Source: Jiella pelagia (GTDB taxonomy: Bacteria; Pseudomonadota; Alphaproteobacteria; Rhizobiales; Rhizobiaceae). Taken from it: DNA of 24,000 nt. Positions 1-6,331 of the stretch are shown in pieces. The position numbers and the translations under genes are program-made. The notes beneath the pieces are model-generated. The model was not told where the DNA came from. It saw only the letters and a program-made list of their open reading frames with translations, and made no database searches. How positions within the stretch are numbered: the first letter of the stretch is position 1; every line of letters begins with the position of its first letter. The DNA is taken from the NCBI RefSeq assembly GCF_026898155.1, contig NZ_CP114029.1, positions 5,349,072-5,373,071 on the forward strand. The letters run 5' to 3'.

Positions 1-309
1 CTGGCCAACGATCCGAAGCTTCTCCTGATGGATGAGCCGGCCGCCGGCATGGCGCCGCTGGAGCGGGTGGAGCTGATGGGGCTGACGGCCCGGATCGCCA
101 AGGAACGACAGATCGGCGTCCTCTTCACCGAGCACGACATGGACGTCGTCTTCGCCCATGCCGACCGGATGATGGTGCTCAATCGCGGCCAGCTGATCGC
201 CGAAGGAAAGCCGGAAGACGTGCGCCAGGATCCGCAGGTGCGGGCCGTCTATCTCGGCGAAGGCCTCGTCTACGACCAGGCGGCCGCGGCAAGGAGGGCG
301 AACGCGTGA
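1..309 (+). CDS. LivG-like (branched-chain amino acid type) ABC transporter ATP-binding protein, C-terminal fragment; the 5' end lies outside the window
   Basis: Frame 1 is open from base 1. The translation LANDPKLLLMDEPAAGM carries Walker B and the D-loop, VLFTEHDM is the H-loop, and the tail is DPQVRAVYLGE. The TGA at 307-309 overlaps the GTG start of the next gene (GTGA). Confidence 0.85.
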   Translation: MANDPKLLLMDEPAAGMAPLERVELMGLTARIAKERQIGVLFTEHDMDVVFAHADRMMVLNRGQLIAEGKPEDVRQDPQVRAVYLGEGLVYDQAAAARRANA

Positions 310-1026
310 CGAATGCAGCGACAAAGCTCGACGTCGCCCGGATGAACGCCTTCTACGGGCCGATCCAGATCCTCTTTGATGTCGGCTTCTCCGTCGGTCG
401 CGGCGAGGTGGTCGCCCTTCTCGGCCGCAACGGCGCCGGCAAGTCGACCACCTTCAAGTCGCTGATGGGCCTCGTCGACCGGCGCGAGGGCAAGATCCGC
501 TTCGAGGATGCCGAGATCTCCCGCCAGCCGACCTACGAGATCGCCCGGCGCGGCCTCGGCTACGTGCCGGAGGACCGGCGGGTGTTCGGCGAGCCTCACC
601 GTCGAGGAAAACCTTGAGGTCGGCCGCCAGCCGGCTCGCGACGGCGTCACCTCCTGGACGCCGGAACGCCTCTACGCGCTATTCCCCAACCTTGCCGAGA
701 TGCGCCGGCGGCCGGGCGGCCAGATGAGCGGCGGCGAGCAGCAGATGCTGACGATCTCGCGCACGCTGATGGGCAACCCTTCGCTGGTGCTTCTTGACGA
801 GCCGTCGGAAGGTCTCGCGCCGAAGATCATCGAGCAGATGGCCGAGGCGATCCTCGCCATGAAGCGCGAGGGTCTCAGCATTCTTCTGTCCGAGCAGAAC
901 CTCCACTTCGCCCGGCTGATCTCCGACCGTGCCTATATCCTTGAAAAAGGGCGCATCCGCTTTTCCGGGACGATCGCCGAACTCGAGGCGAACACGGCGG
1001 TGCGCGACCAGTATCTTGCCGTCTGA
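306..1026 (+). pseudogene. LivF-like ABC transporter ATP-binding protein, interrupted by a +1 frame break near 591 (real pseudogene or assembly indel)
   Basis: The ORF at 306-617 carries Walker A (GRNGAGKST) and ...GYVPEDRRVFG. The ORF at 508-1026 in the next frame carries SLTVEENL, the ABC signature MSGGEQQML, Walker B LVLLDEPSEGLAP and the tail RDQYLAV. Skipping one nt at about 591-596 joins them into one roughly 240-aa protein with the same spacing as E. coli LivF (VPEGRRVFSRMTVEENL). Confidence 0.85.
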
Positions 1027-1035
1027 CGGGACACC

Positions 1036-1545
1036 ATGACGCACTCCCCGGACGCCGAGATCACCCTCACCGTCAACGGCGCGAGCCATCGCCTTGCCGT
1101 TCCCGCCACGGCGCCGCTCTTGGCTGTCCTGCGCAACGATCTTCACCTGAACGGCTCGAAATACGGCTGTGGCCTCGGCCAGTGCGGCGCCTGCACCGTC
1201 CTGATCGACGGCATCGCGGCGCGCGCCTGCACGATCCCGGCGGGTTCCGTCGCCGGCCGCAGCATCGTCACCCTCGAAGGCCTTTCCAAAGACGACAGGC
1301 TTGATCCGGTCCAAGAGGCCTTCGTCGCCGAACAGGCTGCCCAATGCGGCTACTGTCTGAACGGCATGATCATGGCGCTGAAGGCGCTGACTCTCCGCGA
1401 GGTCGCCCCGGACGAGGAGATGATCCGCGAGGCACTGCGCTACAATCTCTGCCGCTGCGGGACGCATCTGGAGATCCTCGCCGCCGCGCGGCGGGCCTGT
1501 GGTCTTTTGCCGGGCGGAGAACCGGCCCCGAGGCCGGCCCGATGA
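1036..1545 (+). CDS. (2Fe-2S)-binding small subunit of a molybdenum hydroxylase (IorA/NicA-like)
   Basis: 169 aa. Cys patterns of two 2Fe-2S clusters are present: CGLGQCGACTV...C and QCGYCLNG...CRCGTH. There is no twin-arginine signal. The stop overlaps the start of the next gene (ATGA at 1542-1545). Confidence 0.9.
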   Translation: MTHSPDAEITLTVNGASHRLAVPATAPLLAVLRNDLHLNGSKYGCGLGQCGACTVLIDGIAARACTIPAGSVAGRSIVTLEGLSKDDRLDPVQEAFVAEQAAQCGYCLNGMIMALKALTLREVAPDEEMIREALRYNLCRCGTHLEILAAARRACGLLPGGEPAPRPAR

Positions 1546-4500
1546 CGCAGGAGCGGGAGCCTGTTTCGACGGATGGCGGACTCGTCGTCGAGCGCATCTC
1601 TGCTGGCGGCTTCATGGAGACATTCCTCGTCATCCACGCCGACGGCCACGCCACCGGCTACAACGGCCATGTCGATCTCGGCACCGGCATCCGCACCGCC
1701 CTCGCCCAGATCGTCGCCGAGGAACTCGACGTCTCGGCCGATTCCGTCGCGATGGTGCTCGGCGACACCGCCCGCACGCCCGACCAGGGTCCGACGATCG
1801 CCAGCGAAACGATCCAGGTCGCGGCCGTCCCGCTGCGCCAGGCGGCAGCGACGGCACGGCGGGTTATCCTCGCCCGCGCCGCTGCGGTTCTCGACGTGTC
1901 GCCAGAAGAACTGCAGATCGACGACGGCCTCGTCTACGCGCCCGCCAGCAATCGCCGCCTCGGTTTCGGCGAACTTCTCGCCGGCGAGACGATCCGCGTG
2001 GCTCTCGACGAGAACGCCCCGGTCAAGGCGCCGGAGAGCTACCGGCTCGTCGGGACGTCACAGCCCCGCGTCGACATTCCGGACAAGGCGACCGGCCGTG
2101 CGATCTACATCCACGACGTCCGCGTGCCGGGCATGCTGCATGGCCGGGTCGTGCGCCCGCCCTATGCCGGGCGTGACAGCGGCGACTTCATCGGCAAGAG
2201 CCTGATCGCCGTCGACCGCGGCTCCGTCGCCGCGCTGCCGGGTTTCGTCGATCTCGTCGTCATCGGCGATTTTGTCGGCGTGATCTGCGAGCGCGAGGAA
2301 CAGGCGGCCGAAGCAGCCCGCCGGTTGAGGATCGAATGGACCGTCCCGCCGCCGCTGCCGGACATGGACGATCTCGCCGAAACACTGAAGAATCATCCCG
2401 GCGAGCCCCGAACCCTGTCGGAGAGCGGCGACGTCGACGCCGCCCTCGAAGGCGCAGCAAACCGGCTGACCAGGCGCTATGTCTGGCCCTATCAGATGCA
2501 TGGCTCGATCGGGCCTTCCTGTGCGGTGGCCGATTTTAGCGACGGCTTCCTGACGCTGTGGTCCGGCACCCAGAACCCCCACATGCTGCGCGGCAACCTT
2601 GCGACGCTTCTCCAGCTTCGGCCGGAATCGATCGATATCCGCCGACATGAGGCCGCCGGCTGCTACGGCCGCAACTGCGCCGACGACGTCAGCGCCGATG
2701 CCGCGCTCCTGTCCCGGGCCGTCGCCCGTCCCGTGCGGGTGCAACTTACCCGAGAGCAGGAGCACGCCTGGGAGCCGAAGGGCGCGGCGCAGCTGATCGA
2801 GATCGATGGTGGTCTTGGTGAGGACGGCGACCTCGCCGCCTACGACTTCCAGACCCGCTATCCCTCCAATCGCGGGCCCAACCTTGCTCTGCTTCTCACT
2901 GGCGCGATCCCGCCGGACCCGCAACCGTCCGACATGGGCGACCGCACCGCGATCCCGCCCTACCATTACGAGGCCGAGCGAATCCGCGTCCACGACATGG
3001 CGCCGATCGTCCGCGCCTCCTGGATGCGCGGCGTCTCGGCCATGCCGAATTGCTTCGCCCATGAGAGCTACATCGACGAGCTTGCCACCGAGGCCGGCGC
3101 CGATCCCGTCGACTTCCGGCTGAAGCACCTGAAGGACCCGCGCGCCGCCGAACTCGTGCGGGCGACGGCAGAGCGCGGCAACTGGGTCGAGCGCAGCGGG
3201 CCGCGACGCACGAGCGACGGCAGGGGCGACGGCGAGACGCTCTACGGCCAGGGCTTCGCCTATGCCGTCTATGTGCACGGGCCCTTTCCCGGCACGGCCG
3301 CCGCCCATGCCGCCTGGATCGCCGAGGTCGCGGTCGACAGGCGCACTGGCGAGGTGGCGCTGGAACGGGTCGTCGTCGGGCACGACGCCGGCATGATGAT
3401 CAATCCTGCCGGCGTCCAGCACCAGATCCACGGCAACGTCGTCCAGTCGGCGAGCCGGGTGCTGAAGGAAGAGGTGACGTTCCAGAACTCCACCGTCGAA
3501 AGCCGCGACTGGGGCAGTTATCCGATCGCCAACTTCCCGGAGGTGCCGGACGTCGACGTGTTGATGCTGCCCCGCCCGGCCGAGCCGCCGCTCGGCGTCG
3601 GCGAATCCGCCTCGGTGCCGAGCGCCGCGGCGATCGCCAATGCCATTTTCGACGCGACGGGCGTGCGGTTTCGCGAGCTGCCCTTCACGCCGGAGCGGAT
3701 CAAGGCCGGCCTCGATGCGGCGGCGGGGGTGGGCTCCGGTCCATCCAGGCTGAGCGAGGCTTCCCCCGAAGGGGCGAAACCCTCGGCCCCCGACCGCCCA
3801 AAGCTCTGGCGCCGGCTGGCAGCGCCGCTCGCCGCCGGCCTCGCGGCCACGATCGGCACCGCAGCCGTTGGCCTGACGCTGCGGGCGCCGATCGCCCCGG
3901 TCGCGCCGTCAAACCCGTCAGTCTATTCCGCCGAGACCCTCGAACGCGGCCGCATCCTCGCCGCCCTCGGCGACTGCGCCGTCTGCCACACCGCCCCCGG
4001 CAGCGCGACCAACGCCGGCGGGCGGGCGATCGAGACGCCCTTCGGCACGGTCTTCTCCACCAACATCACGCCGGACCCGGAGACCGGCATCGGCGGCTGG
4101 TCCTATCCGGCCTTCGCCCGGGCGATGCGCGAGGGCGTCTCCCGCGACGGCCGGCACCTTTATCCCGCCTTTCCCTATACGTCCTTCGCCAAGGCCACCG
4201 AGGCGGACCTCCAGGCGCTCTACGCCCATCTGATGGGGCAGCCGCCGGTGCGCGCCGAAACGCCGGTGACGGCCCTCGCCTTCCCGTTCAATATCCGCGC
4301 ATTGATGGCCGGCTGGAACACGCTGTTCCACAAGGCCCAGCCTTTCGCCCCCGACCCCGCACGGGGTGCTGCTTGGAACCGCGGCGCCTATCTCGTCGAA
4401 GGGCTCGGCCACTGCAGCGCCTGCCACTCGCCGCGCAATGCGCTTGGAGCGGAACAGCGCGGCGCAGCCCATCTTGCCGGCGGCCTCGTCGACGGCTGGC

Positions 4501-5126
4501 AGGCGCCGGCTCTCGGCAGGGCGAGCGACGCGCCGGTACCGTGGACCGAGGACGCGCTCTACGCCTATCTCAGGACCGGCCGTTCCGCCGAACATGGCGC
4601 CGCCGCCGGGCCGATGGCGCCCGTCGTCGCGTCCCTGGCAGAACTTTCCGACGAAGACATCCGCGCAATGGCGGTCTATCTTTCAGCCGATGGCGAGACT
4701 GCGCCGCGGACCGATGGCAGAGCGTTGGCGGAAAAGCTCGTTGCACAGAGCGAGGCGGACATCCGCCCGGCCCGCAGCCTCGGCGCCCGCCTCTATGACG
4801 GGGCCTGCTCCGTTTGCCACCGCGGCGAAGCGCAAGGCGTGCTGTTCAACGCTGGAACGCCGCTGGCCCTCACAACCGCCATTCATGCCGAGCGGCCGGA
4901 CAATCTGATCCAGGTGATTCTCACCGGCGTTGAGCCAGCGCAGAGCGGCGTGCACAGCGCCATGCCGGCCTTTTCCGAGACATTCACCGACCGGCAGATT
5001 ACCGAACTCGTGCGCTACCTCCGCAGCCAGTTCGCCCGTGACCGTCCCGCCTGGCGGGACGTCGAGACGACCGTGGCAAGCGTTCGCCATTCGAAGACCC
5101 GGCCTGCGCAGAGCAGCGGACAATAG
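1542..5126 (+). CDS. Molybdopterin-binding large subunit fused to a tri-haem cytochrome c domain (NicB-type architecture); substrate unknown
   Basis: The ATG at 1542 is in frame with the long ORF 1344-5126 and is translationally coupled to the upstream gene. Aa 1 to about 725 resemble an IorB/aldehyde-oxidase Moco subunit (GTGIRTALAQIVAEELDV, MHGSIGPSCAVA, GHDAGMMINPAGVQHQIHGNVVQ, EPPLGVGESASVP). A hydrophobic helix KLWRRLAAPLAAGLAATIGTAAVGLTL lies at about 3801-3881. Three CxxCH motifs are in frame: CAVCH 3975-3989, CSACH 4413-4427 and CSVCH 4806-4820. Confidence 0.85.
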   Translation: MTQEREPVSTDGGLVVERISAGGFMETFLVIHADGHATGYNGHVDLGTGIRTALAQIVAEELDVSADSVAMVLGDTARTPDQGPTIASETIQVAAVPLRQAAATARRVILARAAAVLDVSPEELQIDDGLVYAPASNRRLGFGELLAGETIRVALDENAPVKAPESYRLVGTSQPRVDIPDKATGRAIYIHDVRVPGMLHGRVVRPPYAGRDSGDFIGKSLIAVDRGSVAALPGFVDLVVIGDFVGVICEREEQAAEAARRLRIEWTVPPPLPDMDDLAETLKNHPGEPRTLSESGDVDAALEGAANRLTRRYVWPYQMHGSIGPSCAVADFSDGFLTLWSGTQNPHMLRGNLATLLQLRPESIDIRRHEAAGCYGRNCADDVSADAALLSRAVARPVRVQLTREQEHAWEPKGAAQLIEIDGGLGEDGDLAAYDFQTRYPSNRGPNLALLLTGAIPPDPQPSDMGDRTAIPPYHYEAERIRVHDMAPIVRASWMRGVSAMPNCFAHESYIDELATEAGADPVDFRLKHLKDPRAAELVRATAERGNWVERSGPRRTSDGRGDGETLYGQGFAYAVYVHGPFPGTAAAHAAWIAEVAVDRRTGEVALERVVVGHDAGMMINPAGVQHQIHGNVVQSASRVLKEEVTFQNSTVESRDWGSYPIANFPEVPDVDVLMLPRPAEPPLGVGESASVPSAAAIANAIFDATGVRFRELPFTPERIKAGLDAAAGVGSGPSRLSEASPEGAKPSAPDRPKLWRRLAAPLAAGLAATIGTAAVGLTLRAPIAPVAPSNPSVYSAETLERGRILAALGDCAVCHTAPGSATNAGGRAIETPFGTVFSTNITPDPETGIGGWSYPAFARAMREGVSRDGRHLYPAFPYTSFAKATEADLQALYAHLMGQPPVRAETPVTALAFPFNIRALMAGWNTLFHKAQPFAPDPARGAAWNRGAYLVEGLGHCSACHSPRNALGAEQRGAAHLAGGLVDGWQAPALGRASDAPVPWTEDALYAYLRTGRSAEHGAAAGPMAPVVASLAELSDEDIRAMAVYLSADGETAPRTDGRALAEKLVAQSEADIRPARSLGARLYDGACSVCHRGEAQGVLFNAGTPLALTTAIHAERPDNLIQVILTGVEPAQSGVHSAMPAFSETFTDRQITELVRYLRSQFARDRPAWRDVETTVASVRHSKTRPAQSSGQ

Positions 5127-5490
5127 GAATACTGCCGGATCGCCCTTCTAAGCAGATGCCGCCGGGGATCGGTTCGGAAGGGCGATGGTGTCCGCTTGCA
5201 AGAATGGTCGCAAAGCCCGGAGCTTCGTCATCCCGGCCTCCTAGCCAAAATCCATTTTTCGGCGTCGAAGTGGTCTTTCGCTACGAGAACGATTTGCTGG
5301 CAACGACCTGAGAAACGACGTCGCGGATTTGCAATGGCTCCCGGGTCAAGCACGGGATGGCAAAGCGGTGAGGCTTCCACACAGTCTGCAACGTCGATGC
5401 GCCGCCGTCTGCGCGGGTCGGGGACGTGATGTGTGAATGCGGCAGGGCCGTACGCCGCAAGCCTAATGACCGCTGCGCACCTTTGCCCGA

Positions 5491-6072
5491 TCAGATCTGC
5501 TCAAGCGTCCAGCTGACGATTTCGCCGGAAATCTGGTCGAACGCCCTGTTGAGCGCCGCGACATAGACGTCGCTGCCGGTACCGCTGACCGGAGAGGAGG
5601 CTGAGAATATCTGCGTCTGCCGGACGGTGCCGTTGCGGTCGTTGAGCGTCTTCACCGAAATGTCGATCCGCGCCGTCGCAGCGCCCGACGTGTCGATCTC
5701 GAAGCGGCGGATCTCAGTGATCAGTTGATAATCGATTGCCAGCCCCTGACCCGGCACGCCGACGGCGCCGATCTGGCCGGTGTTCTCGAAGGCCTGCAGC
5801 AGCCGCAGCTGCACCATGCGCGGCAGCCGATCGCTCCATTGGCTCTGGGCAAGATACTGAATGGCATAGGGAGAGGTCTTGACGACGATCTTTTCGCTAT
5901 CGAGCGTCTTGATCGCGGTCGGTTCGGGGATGAGCAACTGTGCGCGGCTGCTGCTCTGCACCGAAACGTTGGTCGGCGAGGCGATCTCGAACGTGTCCGG
6001 CGGCACAGAGCTGCAGCCGGCGAGGAGACCCGCCACGAGTGCGGCAATCATTGGTAGCTTCACGCCGGTCAT
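5491..6072 (-). CDS. ABC-type transport auxiliary lipoprotein (DUF330 / PqiC-like)
   Basis: 193 aa from the ATG at 6072. The lipoprotein signal MTGVKLPMIAALVAGLLAGC has the lipobox LAGC, and a purine-rich GAGGGGA lies upstream. Size, and position directly after the MCE gene, fit the auxiliary lipoprotein family. The ORF-track extension to 6315 is Arg/Gly-rich and looks non-coding. Confidence 0.75.
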   Translation of the reverse strand: MTGVKLPMIAALVAGLLAGCSSVPPDTFEIASPTNVSVQSSSRAQLLIPEPTAIKTLDSEKIVVKTSPYAIQYLAQSQWSDRLPRMVQLRLLQAFENTGQIGAVGVPGQGLAIDYQLITEIRRFEIDTSGAATARIDISVKTLNDRNGTVRQTQIFSASSPVSGTGSDVYVAALNRAFDQISGEIVSWTLEQI

Positions 6073-6331
6073 CGTCGCGGTCGTCCCCTCTTCCAGCGGC
6101 GCGCGGACAGCATCGCCCGTCATGCGCCTGGAAGCCCGCCGGTTCGGCAGGCTGCCCCGTTGCTTGCACCCGCAACCGAGCCTGTCAATTGCACCGAAGG
6201 CCGCGCCCCTGCGCGCGCCCACACAAACTTCCGCGGCGGGACGAGATTGCCACAAGACAGCCGTCCAACCCGGCGTTTGTCGCGGCCTCTTGGCCGCGTT
6301 CGAGCCCGGAGCCAAGGCGGCGTGACGGCGA

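Noticed and set aside
1344-1541. Upstream extensions offered by the ORF track (1344 for the Moco gene; likewise 6315, 10812, 18118, 19324 and 19808 for other genes)
   Set aside because: The extensions overlap neighbouring genes or translate to Arg/Gly-rich junk. Internal starts give canonical N-termini, signal peptides, SD sequences or translational coupling.
2058-3431. 457-aa minus-strand ORF antisense to the Moco subunit, plus many 60-225-aa ORFs across 1370-4908
   Set aside because: Their Arg/Gly/Ala/Pro-rich translations are typical of off-frame reading in high-GC DNA. The plus-strand frame has the family motifs.
5161-5190. tRNA-like T-arm word (GGTTCGGAA)
   Set aside because: No acceptor or anticodon stems could be paired around it, so it is not a tRNA.
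5196-5429. 77-aa ORF in the convergent spacer
   Set aside because: It has a non-ATG start, weak third-position G/C bias, no SD and no recognisable family. It was treated as non-coding.
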